A stretch of 64,000 bases of DNA from Clostridia bacterium. Its GTDB lineage: Bacteria > Bacillota > Clostridia > Peptostreptococcales > JAAYPU01. Under the pieces are notes generated by a model that was given only the letters and a program-made list of their open reading frames with translations, made no database searches and was not told where the DNA came from. Every line of letters starts with the position of its first letter. Within the stretch, counting starts at the first letter, position 1. Both the position numbers and the translations under genes were made by a program. Where the stretch lies: NCBI GenBank assembly GCA_028279945.1, contig JANQMT010000006.1, positions 26,091 to 90,090 of the forward strand. Direction: 5' to 3'. Positions 49,313-59,510 of this stretch are shown in pieces.

Positions 49313-50674
49313 ATGGACAATTTTGGCATTATAAGTTTATTGCCGGTAATATCTGTTGTTGTTCTCGCATTTGTAACTAAGAGAACATTGGAACCACTGC
49401 TTTTAGGTTCTATTGTTGGGTTTGTTATTTTACATGGAGCCGGATTTTTTATGCCGTGGCTGGATGCCGTATATACGGTCATGATGGATGGCACAACGGT
49501 ATGGATTATCTTAGTATGTGGCTTGTTTGGCAGCCTCGTTGCATTATTAGAAAAATCAGGTGGGGCCCTGGGATTTTCAGATATTGCAACAAAAGCCGCC
49601 AAAACAAGAGGTATATCACTTATTATAACATGGATTTTAGGAATCATAATATTTATTGATGATTACTTAAATGCATTAGCAGTAGGAACAGCTATGAGAA
49701 AAGTGACAGACGAATACAAAGTACCCAGAGAGATGTTAGCATATGTGGTTAACTCAACTGGGGCTGCTGTTTGTGTATTGATACCATTTTCTACTTGGTC
49801 AGCTTTCATGGCGGGTCAGTTAGAAGCAAGCGGAGTAGCTGAAGCCGGTGCCGGAACGGCAGCATATATTTCTACAATTCCTTATATGTTTTATCCTTGG
49901 GTAGCAGTATTGATCGTACCATTATTTGCATTAAAAATCTTACCTAGAATTGGACCTATGAAAGCAGCTGAAAAACGTGCAGAAGAAACCGGTCAACTTT
50001 TACCAAACAGTATGTTGGATAAAGAAGACGAATTTGCAGCTGCAGAAACAATGGAAAAGAAGCCAAACGCATTGAACTTTATTTTACCTATGGTTATTTT
50101 AGCCATTGTAACCGTTGTTACAGAAGACATGCTGCAAGGTGTTATCATTTCAATCGTAACCTGCGGTGTATTATATTTCCCACAAAAGCTTATGGGTCTC
50201 AATGAGTTCTGTGACAGTACCCTCAATGGTTTTAAGGATATGGTACAGGTGCTGGGGATTATCGTAGCAGCATTTTTCCTACAACAAGCCAATGATGCTT
50301 TAGGACTAACGCCTTTTGTTATTGACAGTGTTCAATCATTTTTAAGCCCAGCATTACTGCCGGCTGTTACTTTTGTGATCATTGCATTCTTAGCTTTTGC
50401 TACAGGAAGTTTCTGGGGAATCGCAGCCATTGCGTTTCCAATTATTATTCCTTTGGCACAGTCAATGGATGTTAGTGTATTCTTGGCAAGTGGTGCCATC
50501 ATTTCTTCAGCAGCATTTGGAAGCCATACCTGTTTCTATGGCGATGCGGTAACACTATCTTGTGCATCCAGCCAGATTCAGAATTTGGATTATGCTAAGA
50601 CATCTATACCTTTGATTGCAGTACCTAGTGTAATCGGTATCGTATTATTCTTAATAGCTGGATTCATGGCATAA
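49313..50674 (+). CDS. NhaC-family transporter
   Basis: FIDDYLNAL, PFSTW, AFATGSFWG, AFGSHTC. Confidence 0.88.
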   Translation: MDNFGIISLLPVISVVVLAFVTKRTLEPLLLGSIVGFVILHGAGFFMPWLDAVYTVMMDGTTVWIILVCGLFGSLVALLEKSGGALGFSDIATKAAKTRGISLIITWILGIIIFIDDYLNALAVGTAMRKVTDEYKVPREMLAYVVNSTGAAVCVLIPFSTWSAFMAGQLEASGVAEAGAGTAAYISTIPYMFYPWVAVLIVPLFALKILPRIGPMKAAEKRAEETGQLLPNSMLDKEDEFAAAETMEKKPNALNFILPMVILAIVTVVTEDMLQGVIISIVTCGVLYFPQKLMGLNEFCDSTLNGFKDMVQVLGIIVAAFFLQQANDALGLTPFVIDSVQSFLSPALLPAVTFVIIAFLAFATGSFWGIAAIAFPIIIPLAQSMDVSVFLASGAIISSAAFGSHTCFYGDAVTLSCASSQIQNLDYAKTSIPLIAVPSVIGIVLFLIAGFMA

Positions 50675-50680
50675 TAGTGA

Positions 50681-50784
50681 AACGATAGTGGGAACAATAG
50701 CGAAACGATAGTTAAACGGTAGTGAAACAATAGTGGAACGATCGTTCAACCACTGTTCAACCATTGTTTAACCATTGTTCAACT
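50681..50784. repeat. 11-bp tandem array that inverts around a central palindrome
   Basis: AACGATAGTGG/AACAATAGCGA/... then GAACGATCGTTC (50736-50747), then AACCACTGTTC/AACCATTGTTT/AACCATTGTTC. Confidence 0.85.
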
Positions 50785-50807
50785 ATAATTTATATTGGAG
50801 GTTTAAA

Positions 50808-51689
50808 ATGAATAAAGGAAAAGTCGTAATAGGTATGACTCAGCACGCGTGCGGTGTTGATCGAGAAGCAAATGTAGATAAAGTAGAAAAATTAATCAGA
50901 GAAGCAGCAGAAAAAGGTGCTAAAGTCATATGTACGCAAGAGCTTTTTAAAGGACAATACTTTTGCCAAATCATTGATGTTACGAAGTATGATTGGGCAG
51001 AGCCTCTTGATGGACCTACCAACAAGAGAATGTCGGCATTAGCAAAAGAGTTAGACGTAGTCATTGTAAGCTGTTACTACGAATATGCCATGGATGGCGT
51101 ATACTATAACAGTGCGGCAGTATTTGATGCCGATGGTTCTTTGCTTGGAAACTATAGAAAACATCACATTCCTGAAGGACCACAGTATATTGAAAAATAC
51201 TACTTTACACCTGGAGATTCTCCATATATTGTTTTCAAATCAAAGTACGGTACATTCGGTGTATTGATATGCTGGGATGAGTGGTTCCCAGAGCCGTCAA
51301 GAATTTTAGCCCTTAAGGGAGCAGATTTTGTATTCTATCCATCTGCTATCGGTTCAGAGCCGGATAATCCAGACCTAGATACTTCTCAATCTTGGGTAGA
51401 TGGTGTTAAGGCACATGGTATCCATAACAACATGTATATCTGCGCGGTTAACAGAGTGGGTAGAGAAGATGCAGTGGATGGCAGTGGATTTATGTCATTC
51501 TACGGCAGAAGTTTTGTAAGTGATCCTTGGGGAAATGTCATAACAGAAGGCAGCAGAGATAAAGAAGAAGTGATCATTGCAGAATTAGATTTAGATGAGA
51601 TCAAAAAAGCAAGAGATATTTTACAATTCCATAGAGATAGACGTGTTGACACTTATGAAGAGATCTTAAAGCTTTCTATTACTGAATAA
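50808..51689 (+). CDS. aguB: Carbon-nitrogen hydrolase, N-carbamoylputrescine amidase-like
   Basis: QELF, YRKHHIP.GP.Y.EKYYFTPGD, ICWDEWFPE, YPSAIGSEP. Confidence 0.8.
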   Translation: MNKGKVVIGMTQHACGVDREANVDKVEKLIREAAEKGAKVICTQELFKGQYFCQIIDVTKYDWAEPLDGPTNKRMSALAKELDVVIVSCYYEYAMDGVYYNSAAVFDADGSLLGNYRKHHIPEGPQYIEKYYFTPGDSPYIVFKSKYGTFGVLICWDEWFPEPSRILALKGADFVFYPSAIGSEPDNPDLDTSQSWVDGVKAHGIHNNMYICAVNRVGREDAVDGSGFMSFYGRSFVSDPWGNVITEGSRDKEEVIIAELDLDEIKKARDILQFHRDRRVDTYEEILKLSITE

Positions 51690-51753
51690 TGTATGGATGA
51701 CTGGCAGGGTTGAATCAACACTGCCAGTTTTACTAGAGGGAGGCAAAACGTTG

Positions 51754-53169
51754 ATGACTGAATTTAAAATTCAAGATCGACTTAAAATGGAATACGATTA
51801 TGTGATTGAAAATGGGACGGTGATTGATCCCAAGACTGAAAAACGTACCATTGCAAGCGTTGGTATTAACGAGGATAAAATAGGTATTATTACCAGAATG
51901 CCTTTAAACACTAAAAATAGAATAGATGCATCGGGCTGTATTGTGTGCCCGGGCTTTATTGACCCACACTGTCATGTAGATGGATATCTATACAATGGAC
52001 AATGTTATGCCAAAATGGGTGTCACCACAGCTATTACAGGAAATTGTGGGTTTGGGCCTTATCCAATAAAAGATTTTGTTGATAGAATTGGGCAAGAAGG
52101 ATTTCCTATCAATCATGGTACTCTGATAGGACATTCTTTTGACATGCGAAAGATGGTGGGGCTTGAAGACCCATTTAAAAAAGCCAATCCAAAAGAAATC
52201 AATGAGATGGTAGCCATTGCAGAAGAAGCTATGAGCCAAGGGGCATTGGGTATTTCATTAGGATTGGAATATGCGCCTGCTACTACTAGGGAAGAGATAT
52301 ATGCCCTGGCAAAAGCAGCTGCCAAATATGATAAAGTGATGCCGGTACATTCCAGAAGCGACAGCTGGGGATCTGTAAAGGCTTTACGGGAAATCGTTAA
52401 GATACAAGAAGATACGGGTGTTCGGGTATTGGTATCTCACTTGACGTATCAGAATGGTATGGGAATGATGAGAGAATCCCTTCCTATTATAGAAAAAGCT
52501 TATGAACAAGGCTATGAAATTGCAGTAGACAGCGGCGCTTATGATGCCTTTGCAACTTATATCGGTTCTGAAGTGTTCTGTGAGGGCTGGTTAGAAAAGT
52601 ACGACTGCATTTATGAAGATGTGCTGGTTTCCAGCGGTCCCTATATTGGCAAAAGGTTAAATGAAGCGTTGTATAAAGAGCTTCTTAAAACAGATCCTAA
52701 AACATTATGTACAGCCTTTGTAGGAAAAGAATACGAGGTCATTGAAGCCATGCGGCAGCCTTATACCATGGTATCTACAGATGGCGCAGTAGGCTCTCAT
52801 CAGCCGGGGACAGGTCACCCACAAGATGCAGGCACTTATCCTAAAGTGTTTGGAAGATTTGTCAGAGAAATGAATGAATTTTCTATGATGGATGCTGTAA
52901 AAAAGTGTACTTGGATGCCGGCGAAATTCTTTGGATTAGAAAATAAAGGCTGGATGGGTTCCGGTGCCGATGCAGACATCGTTGTTTTTAATCCTAAGAC
53001 CATAATAGACCGTGCTGAGTATTCTGGGATAGGGATTCCCGACGCTGAGCCTGAAGGCATCAATTGGGTATTTGTAAATGGCAAACCTGTTATTAAAGAC
53101 GGAAAATTAGATGAGCAAGCTATGTCCGGTAAAATCATTGCTCAAGAAAACAAAGCTTGGTGGATGTAA
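51754..53169 (+). CDS. Amidohydrolase, N-acyl-D-amino acid deacylase-like
   Basis: PGFIDPHCH, GNCG, GLEYAP, STDG, GHP..AGTYP, GADADIVVF. Start chosen after GAGGGAGG. Confidence 0.8.
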   Translation: MTEFKIQDRLKMEYDYVIENGTVIDPKTEKRTIASVGINEDKIGIITRMPLNTKNRIDASGCIVCPGFIDPHCHVDGYLYNGQCYAKMGVTTAITGNCGFGPYPIKDFVDRIGQEGFPINHGTLIGHSFDMRKMVGLEDPFKKANPKEINEMVAIAEEAMSQGALGISLGLEYAPATTREEIYALAKAAAKYDKVMPVHSRSDSWGSVKALREIVKIQEDTGVRVLVSHLTYQNGMGMMRESLPIIEKAYEQGYEIAVDSGAYDAFATYIGSEVFCEGWLEKYDCIYEDVLVSSGPYIGKRLNEALYKELLKTDPKTLCTAFVGKEYEVIEAMRQPYTMVSTDGAVGSHQPGTGHPQDAGTYPKVFGRFVREMNEFSMMDAVKKCTWMPAKFFGLENKGWMGSGADADIVVFNPKTIIDRAEYSGIGIPDAEPEGINWVFVNGKPVIKDGKLDEQAMSGKIIAQENKAWWM

Positions 53170-53222
53170 ATCATAGAATAATATTGGATGTTTACCACCA
53201 AAAATAGCATCAATTTTATATT

Positions 53223-53258
53223 AAAAGGCTGTCTTGAAAAAATGCTGAGACAGCTTTT
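53223..53258. terminator. Bidirectional terminator
   Basis: AAAAGGCTGTCTT...GAGACAGCTTTT. Confidence 0.75.
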
Positions 53259-53280
53259 TATGTATGCGTTTCCAAAATGC

Positions 53281-54009
53281 TTATGTCTCCTCTAAGATAA
53301 GTTTATAACCCATACCTTTAATCGTAATGATTTGGGGGAAATCATGATTAGGGGTTTTAATCTTTTTCCTTAAATTGCTAATATGCACCATTATAGTATT
53401 GATATCGGTTTCTAAAATTTGATCTTTCCATATCAATTCAAATATTTCTTCTTTTGAAAAAATTCTCTCAGGGTTTTTTACAAATAGGATAAGGATGCTA
53501 AATTCTTTAGGCAAGAGATTAACCAATTGGCCGTTAATAGATACTTTTTTTGTTAGTAAGTTAATGGTTATATTTTGCAATGAGATCATATAATGTGCTT
53601 CATTTTTAATGGAGTAATCTCGTGAACGACGAATATTTGATTTGATACGCGCCATTAGTTCTCCGGGTAAAAATGGCTTTGTAATATAATCATCTCCACC
53701 AACTGAAAGTCCCACGACTTTATCCAGTTCTTCATTCTTACAGCTTAAAAAAATAATAGGAGAAGTAGTAATTTTTCTTAAATTTAAACAAATTTCAAAT
53801 CCGTCAATATTGGGTAATAGAACATCTAATAATATTAAATCAATGTGATGATTATTTACAATACTTAATGCATCTTGATTATTTGATGCTGTAAAAATGT
53901 TGAATTGCTCATTTTCAAGATAAATCTTTAGAAAAGTAATAATGTCTTCATCATCATCTATTATAAGTATATTTTCGCCTGCCATTATCTTCTTCCTTTC
54001 ATAATCCAT
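53281..54009 (-). CDS. OmpR-family response regulator (start may be 53985)
   Basis: IDDD, LDVLLP, GGDDYITKPF, TIKGMGY; paralog of 45216-45929. Confidence 0.93.
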   Translation of the reverse strand: MDYERKKIMAGENILIIDDDEDIITFLKIYLENEQFNIFTASNNQDALSIVNNHHIDLILLDVLLPNIDGFEICLNLRKITTSPIIFLSCKNEELDKVVGLSVGGDDYITKPFLPGELMARIKSNIRRSRDYSIKNEAHYMISLQNITINLLTKKVSINGQLVNLLPKEFSILILFVKNPERIFSKEEIFELIWKDQILETDINTIMVHISNLRKKIKTPNHDFPQIITIKGMGYKLILEET

Positions 54010-54027
54010 GTATTTGAATATAGCAAA

Positions 54028-55806
54028 CTATTTTTCAATAGGCAAAATAATATATATTTTTGTCCCAACATTTTCTTTGCTAAATGCCCATATTTCACCA
54101 TTATGTTTTTTTACTATTTCTTTTGAGATACTTAAACCTAAGCCGGTTCCTTCCTTTATTCCAGCTGTTTTTTTTCTATAAAACCTTTCAAATATATTGG
54201 GTAAATCGTTTTTAGAGATGCCTATTCCGTTGTCTTTGATAGTAAAAAGTATATAGTCGTTAATAGGGTTGGTGCTGATAGGTTTAGGCAAAATGGTAGG
54301 GTTAAAATCTTTGCAGCTAATGGTTATTTTACCGTCATTCGTAATGTTATTGATGGAATTATGGATTAGGTTTCTAAATACTTGTATGATTCTTGTTTTA
54401 TCAATCCATATATTAGGGCACAAACCATCAGGCGTATTGTATGGTATTAATGTGAATTTAATATTTATATTTTCAACATCAAATTTGAATTCATTATATA
54501 TTTCAGTCATTAAATCATTAACGTCTATCTTTTTAAAATCAAAAAGTAATTGATCTGCCTCAAGCTTAGACAGTTCAAATAAATCTTCAATGAGAACGTT
54601 TAATGTCATTGATTTATCTAAGCAGATTTTAATATAGTCTAGTTGTTCTTTAGGATGGGTTATGATGTTATCCACTATTAAAGATAAATAACCAATTATG
54701 GAGGTAATAGGGGTTCTGAGTTCATGAGAAATGTTGGCTAATAGTTGTCTTCTCGAAGTTTCAGATTTAAATACTTTTTCTTCATTTTCTTTTACTTGGG
54801 TAATATCACGCAAAATTGCTTCAAAAGAAATCGGCTTATTTTCTTCATCACATATAATGGTTGTATGCTGCTCAATCCATATGATTTTAGAATCTTTCTT
54901 AACCATGCGGAATACCAATGATAGATTTGATTCATCTAGATTTTTGATAAAGTTTAAATAAAGATATTTATCATCATCATAAATTATATCATAAAAATGA
55001 TGATAATCCTTATAGAAAAAATCCTTTGAATAGCCAGTTATTGGGAGCACGGATGGACTTATATATGAAAATGTTTTTTGGGGATAAACATTAAATTTAA
55101 TGATTAAATCCTGAGAGTGTTCTGCTAATAACCGATAAAGCTGCTCTCGCTTTGCTAACTCAATGTTATTTTGCTGTGTTGAGGTTAAAATGATAGAAAT
55201 ATTCAATATATTGGTTAAAATGATTGAACTGATATAATTCCAAGAAGAAAAAAAGAAATCTGGATTGACAAAAGAATAGTAGCCCTTATGCATGCCCCAT
55301 ATTATAAACATCCAACCTGTAAAATCTTTTATAATGCCCACAATAAATAAGTTGTTTTCAATTTGGTGATTAGGCGCATCATGAACTAGAAAAACGATTC
55401 CGGTGAAAATTGAAATGATAGAAACCATGAGGGATACAGGTAAAGATAATAAGTGATGAATGGTGGTTATATCATGTACTCTAAATATAATTAAGATGCT
55501 GACGGCTATCAAAATACTGGTCATAACTAATGCTCTGCGCAAAACAGGATAAAAGGAATAATTAAGCAATTGTAATGTCCCCAACAGTAAGAAGGCGCTG
55601 CTCATAATGGAACAGGAATACTTGAAAAGCATTGCTTCAAATCCAAAATTATAGGAGAACAAATATCCAAGAGAGTAGATAATCCAGCCAAATCCCCATA
55701 TGGCAAGGTATCTATGCTTATTTTGAATGTAAATGTAAAAATAGAAAAAAGAATATATTAATGAGATGGATACTAAGGTAATGATGGATTGAGTAAGTGA
55801 ATTCAT
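54028..55806 (-). CDS. Multi-TM/PAS sensor histidine kinase
   Basis: N-terminal TMs, PAS (RDIT), SHELRTP, DNGIG, GTGLGL; paralog of 45945-47645. Confidence 0.93.
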   Translation of the reverse strand: MNSLTQSIITLVSISLIYSFFYFYIYIQNKHRYLAIWGFGWIIYSLGYLFSYNFGFEAMLFKYSCSIMSSAFLLLGTLQLLNYSFYPVLRRALVMTSILIAVSILIIFRVHDITTIHHLLSLPVSLMVSIISIFTGIVFLVHDAPNHQIENNLFIVGIIKDFTGWMFIIWGMHKGYYSFVNPDFFFSSWNYISSIILTNILNISIILTSTQQNNIELAKREQLYRLLAEHSQDLIIKFNVYPQKTFSYISPSVLPITGYSKDFFYKDYHHFYDIIYDDDKYLYLNFIKNLDESNLSLVFRMVKKDSKIIWIEQHTTIICDEENKPISFEAILRDITQVKENEEKVFKSETSRRQLLANISHELRTPITSIIGYLSLIVDNIITHPKEQLDYIKICLDKSMTLNVLIEDLFELSKLEADQLLFDFKKIDVNDLMTEIYNEFKFDVENINIKFTLIPYNTPDGLCPNIWIDKTRIIQVFRNLIHNSINNITNDGKITISCKDFNPTILPKPISTNPINDYILFTIKDNGIGISKNDLPNIFERFYRKKTAGIKEGTGLGLSISKEIVKKHNGEIWAFSKENVGTKIYIILPIEK

Positions 55807-55905
55807 TCGTAAAAACCTCCAAAGCTAGTGGCAAAGTGTAATGAATTTAAAACCATTATATATGATTTCTTAAATTATTTAAATTTTTTGAACCATTAAA
55901 AAAAT

Positions 55906-55934
55906 TTAAGGTTGCTTAAACTAGATTAAGGTTT
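55906..55934 (+). promoter_or_regulatory. Putative OmpR-family binding direct repeat
   Basis: TTAAGGTT at 55906 and 55927 (two helical turns apart), upstream of the amidohydrolase operon. Confidence 0.45.
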
Positions 55935-55998
55935 ACTTTATAGTAGCTTTAATTTTACAGTCTATAATGTAAGAAAATATAAAGAAAGGAGTGAGGCA

Positions 55999-57528
55999 AT
56001 GGGTTATGATTTATTACTAAAGAATGGGAATATTATCACAATGGATACGACTTTACCACGGACGGAATGGGTTGGCGTAAAAGATGGCATAATTGCAGCA
56101 ACCGGAAATTCGGAGCATGTACCGGAAAGCGCTAAAAAAATAATTGACTTAAAAGGAAAAACAGTGCTCCCAGGACTTATTGACAGCCATGTACACGTGA
56201 TGTTATCCGGATTGTATTTGAATGCAGTCAATTTAGAAAATGCCAAAAGTATTGATGAAATACTCAGGATGATGGAAGAAGCTTGTAAAGGCCAAGAGAA
56301 TGATACATGGGTTTTCGGTGTGGGACTGCTTGTGCCCAATATTAAAGAAGGCAGGTTTCCTACTAAATGGGAGTTGGACAGGGTTTCCGGTAAACATCCT
56401 GTCGCTATTTTTGCGGCTACGCTGCACGGGTGCGGCGTGAACAGCAAAGGATTAGAGTACGCAGATGTCCCATTGGATACGCCGGGTGTAGAGATTGAAA
56501 ATGGGGAAGTAATAGGGACGTTTTTATCCGATGAGTCTTCTTTTTTAGCAACCGCCAATATTATGGGAAAATTATCGGATGAAGCATTACTGGGGTTTAT
56601 TCAAGATTGTACAAAACACGCTAGTAGTAAAGGCGTAACGACGATACATGGTTTATATGGACAATTTGTTAAAGGTGATAAGGATTTACACTTATCTTTA
56701 ACTAATGAAAAATCATTTCCTGTTGATATAGTCACTTTTTATCAAACTTGGAATATTGAAGACGTAAAAAAATTAAACTTACCCAGAATTGGAGGGTGTT
56801 TAACTTTGGACGGAGCACTTTTTGAAAATACAATGGCAATGTTTGAGCCATATCTTGATCGACCTGAACTAAGAGGGATACTGTATCATACGGATGAAGA
56901 GGTATACCAATTAGCATCTCAGGCTAATTCTGAAGGGATACAATGCGCAATGCATGCTGTTGGAGAACGTGCAATCGATCAGTTGATTTATGCATATGAC
57001 AGGGTGATAAAAGAACAAGGGGATAAAGGATTGCGGCATAGGATTGAACATTTCTGTCAGCCAACCCCTAGGCATATTGAGATGGCAGCTGAGCTTGGAA
57101 TTATTTTATCTATGCAGCCGGGATTTACATATTTATGGGATCGATCAGAAGGTGGACCTTTTGAAATGGCAATAGGCAGAGAAAGAGCAGATCAAATGGA
57201 TCCTTTTAACAAAATAATTGAAAAAGGTTGTATGGTGTGTGGTGGATCAGATTCACCTGTTACGAAAATTGAACCTTTGGTTGACATTGCTGCTTGTGTA
57301 AACAATCCTAACCCGGTAAGAAATATTTCATTAACGGATGCAATTAAAATGTTTACTATAAATGGTGCTTATGCAGGACATTTAGAAGAAACAAAAGGAA
57401 GTATTGAAGTGAAGAAAGATGCGGATATGGTGGTCATTGATTGTGATCCGTATAATCTTGAGAATAATATTTACGACATGAATGTAGAAATGACAATTAA
57501 AGGCGGATCTGTAGTTTATGAAAAGTAG
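55999..57528 (+). CDS. Amidohydrolase 3 family (YtcJ-like)
   Basis: PGLIDSHVH, DGAL, HAVGERA, RHRIEH, GGSDSPV, FTINGAY. Confidence 0.9.
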   Translation: MGYDLLLKNGNIITMDTTLPRTEWVGVKDGIIAATGNSEHVPESAKKIIDLKGKTVLPGLIDSHVHVMLSGLYLNAVNLENAKSIDEILRMMEEACKGQENDTWVFGVGLLVPNIKEGRFPTKWELDRVSGKHPVAIFAATLHGCGVNSKGLEYADVPLDTPGVEIENGEVIGTFLSDESSFLATANIMGKLSDEALLGFIQDCTKHASSKGVTTIHGLYGQFVKGDKDLHLSLTNEKSFPVDIVTFYQTWNIEDVKKLNLPRIGGCLTLDGALFENTMAMFEPYLDRPELRGILYHTDEEVYQLASQANSEGIQCAMHAVGERAIDQLIYAYDRVIKEQGDKGLRHRIEHFCQPTPRHIEMAAELGIILSMQPGFTYLWDRSEGGPFEMAIGRERADQMDPFNKIIEKGCMVCGGSDSPVTKIEPLVDIAACVNNPNPVRNISLTDAIKMFTINGAYAGHLEETKGSIEVKKDADMVVIDCDPYNLENNIYDMNVEMTIKGGSVVYEK

Positions 57529-57569
57529 TAGATTTTTTAAAAAAATAAAACACTGAGAGGTGAAATTTT

Positions 57570-57806
57570 ATGAGTAGAAAAAAGCTGTACACGACAGCAG
57601 TCATCTATTTTCTGATTGTAATAGGGTTTATTACAATGCCTCCAACGGTCAACCTGATAAATAGAATTGAGCCGTATATTTTAGGTTTTCCTTGTTTTCA
57701 ATTCTTCATTCTTTTAACGGCAGTTCTCATTGGCGTTGGACTAATGGCATGGTTTAAGCTGGAAGAAAAAATCGACAATAAAGAAAACATGGGAGGTGAA
57801 CAATAA
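57570..57806 (+). CDS. Small two-TM symporter accessory protein (DUF3311-like)
   Basis: NRIEPYILGFP motif; translationally coupled to the SSS gene. Confidence 0.78.
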   Translation: MSRKKLYTTAVIYFLIVIGFITMPPTVNLINRIEPYILGFPCFQFFILLTAVLIGVGLMAWFKLEEKIDNKENMGGEQ

Positions 57807-59287
57807 TGAATAAGGCCGTCATTGTAATCGGTATAATAGCGATATATTTCATAATTAATGCATTAATAATAAGAAAATGCCATACTAAACAAGATTCGTT
57901 AGAAGAATTTAGTGTAGGCAGTCGGAATTTTGGATGGTTATTATCATGTTTTTCTTATCTTGGAGGTTGGTATGTAGGCTCCATTTATACGGGTTGGTTT
58001 GCTGCATCAGCAGGATTAGGGATCTTTGCTCAATATTTGGTCATTTACTCTGTAGCAAGTCTAGTCATTATGTATTTAATGGCACGTCCTGTTTGGATAT
58101 GGGGAAAAGTATTTGATTTAGAAACACAAGCAGACATGATCGGCCTGAGATATGGGAATAAAAAGTTTAAAGTTTTATTTTCTTTAGCTACGTTTTTATT
58201 CTGGTTTCCTTGGCTTATTTTAGAGATGAAAACAATAGGTTATATTGTTGCAGCAGCAACATATCATTCGATCAATTTTAATATTGGCATGATCATTGTC
58301 AGTTTATTTGTAGTGATATATAGCTTCTATGGAGGCGCAAGGGCAACTGCAATCGGCAACTTAGTTCAGGGAATCACATTTACAGTTATAGGAACGATTA
58401 CGGTATATTATTTGATACGAAAAATTTATGGAGGCGTTTTTGCTATCTATCCGGTGCTTCAAGAGCTTAAGCCGGAGCTGTTGACTTTACAAGGCGGATT
58501 TGGTGGAAATTATTGGGCTTCGGTTATTATTACCTGCACATTAGGGGCGTTTACTCTGCCGGGTATTTTCAATAGAATTTACATGGCAGATAGTCCAAAA
58601 GCAGTAAAAAAATCAGTTTTTATTGCGCCGCTGGCAGGCGTTTTTATTGGATTTTTGACACTGGCATTGGGGTTAGGAGCAGGACTTTTAGAAGGATTTC
58701 CTGCTGATGCACAATCAGCGATATTTTGGATGGCTGATCATTACGGGGGACCATTTGTTCTGGCTCTGATTGGAATATTTGCTTTATCGGCTTGCATGTC
58801 AACGATTTCTGCTGTTATTAACACGGCATCGGTTTTAATCGCTAAGGATTTGGCATCATCCGTTGTTAAAAATCTTTCTAGAGAAACCATGTTGAAATAC
58901 GCAAAAGGTTTAACGATTGGAGTAGGTTTGATTTCCCTTTATATTGCCACAATAGACCTTCCTAACCTTATGATGATTGCACTTGTCATGTACGATTGTA
59001 TTGTTCAAGCATTTATACCTTTATTTGTTGGTTTGTTTTGGAGGAAGAGTAACTTGCCCGGCGCATTTGCAGGCATGTTGATAGGCGTTGTTATTGCACT
59101 TTATGGAAACCTGAATCCTCAATCAATTGCATGGACAGGAGGATGGTCTGCAGGAATGGTAGGAATGGGTGTGAATTTCATCGTTCATATTATTTGTGGA
59201 TTTGCCTTTGGTAAACAAAAACATGTAGATGAAATTTTTAAGGTTGTGAACAATTATAAACAAACTGAGGGATCAAAACTTATTTAG
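57806..59287 (+). CDS. Sodium:solute symporter family protein
   Basis: EFSVGSR, TQADMIGLRY, YGGARA, SACMSTI, GLFWRK. Confidence 0.9.
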   Translation: MNKAVIVIGIIAIYFIINALIIRKCHTKQDSLEEFSVGSRNFGWLLSCFSYLGGWYVGSIYTGWFAASAGLGIFAQYLVIYSVASLVIMYLMARPVWIWGKVFDLETQADMIGLRYGNKKFKVLFSLATFLFWFPWLILEMKTIGYIVAAATYHSINFNIGMIIVSLFVVIYSFYGGARATAIGNLVQGITFTVIGTITVYYLIRKIYGGVFAIYPVLQELKPELLTLQGGFGGNYWASVIITCTLGAFTLPGIFNRIYMADSPKAVKKSVFIAPLAGVFIGFLTLALGLGAGLLEGFPADAQSAIFWMADHYGGPFVLALIGIFALSACMSTISAVINTASVLIAKDLASSVVKNLSRETMLKYAKGLTIGVGLISLYIATIDLPNLMMIALVMYDCIVQAFIPLFVGLFWRKSNLPGAFAGMLIGVVIALYGNLNPQSIAWTGGWSAGMVGMGVNFIVHIICGFAFGKQKHVDEIFKVVNNYKQTEGSKLI

Positions 59288-59310
59288 ATGACCAAGCATC
59301 AATTATATAT

Positions 59311-59347
59311 AAAACTCCATGATAAATATACATGTCATGGAGTTTTT
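59311..59347. terminator. Bidirectional terminator
   Basis: AAAACTCCATGAT...GTCATGGAGTTTT. Confidence 0.8.
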
Positions 59348-59363
59348 AAGCTCAAAGTTATAG

Positions 59364-59510
59364 TTATTTTCTTTCTAAATTTAAATCATAAGTCTCTTCT
59401 TGTTTGTCCTCTTTTTTGGTTCTGGTATGAATAATAATAGAGGATACGATCCATATAATAGGCCAAATAGCAAGTATGCAAAAGTCAGCAGATGGCATGC
59501 CGAATATCAT
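59364..59510 (-). CDS. 48-aa single-TM peptide (not in ORF track)
   Basis: MIFGMPSADFCILAIWPIIWIVSSIIIHTRTKKEDKQEETYDLNLERK*; RBS AAGGAG upstream; ends at the bidirectional terminator. Confidence 0.7.
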   Translation of the reverse strand: MIFGMPSADFCILAIWPIIWIVSSIIIHTRTKKEDKQEETYDLNLERK

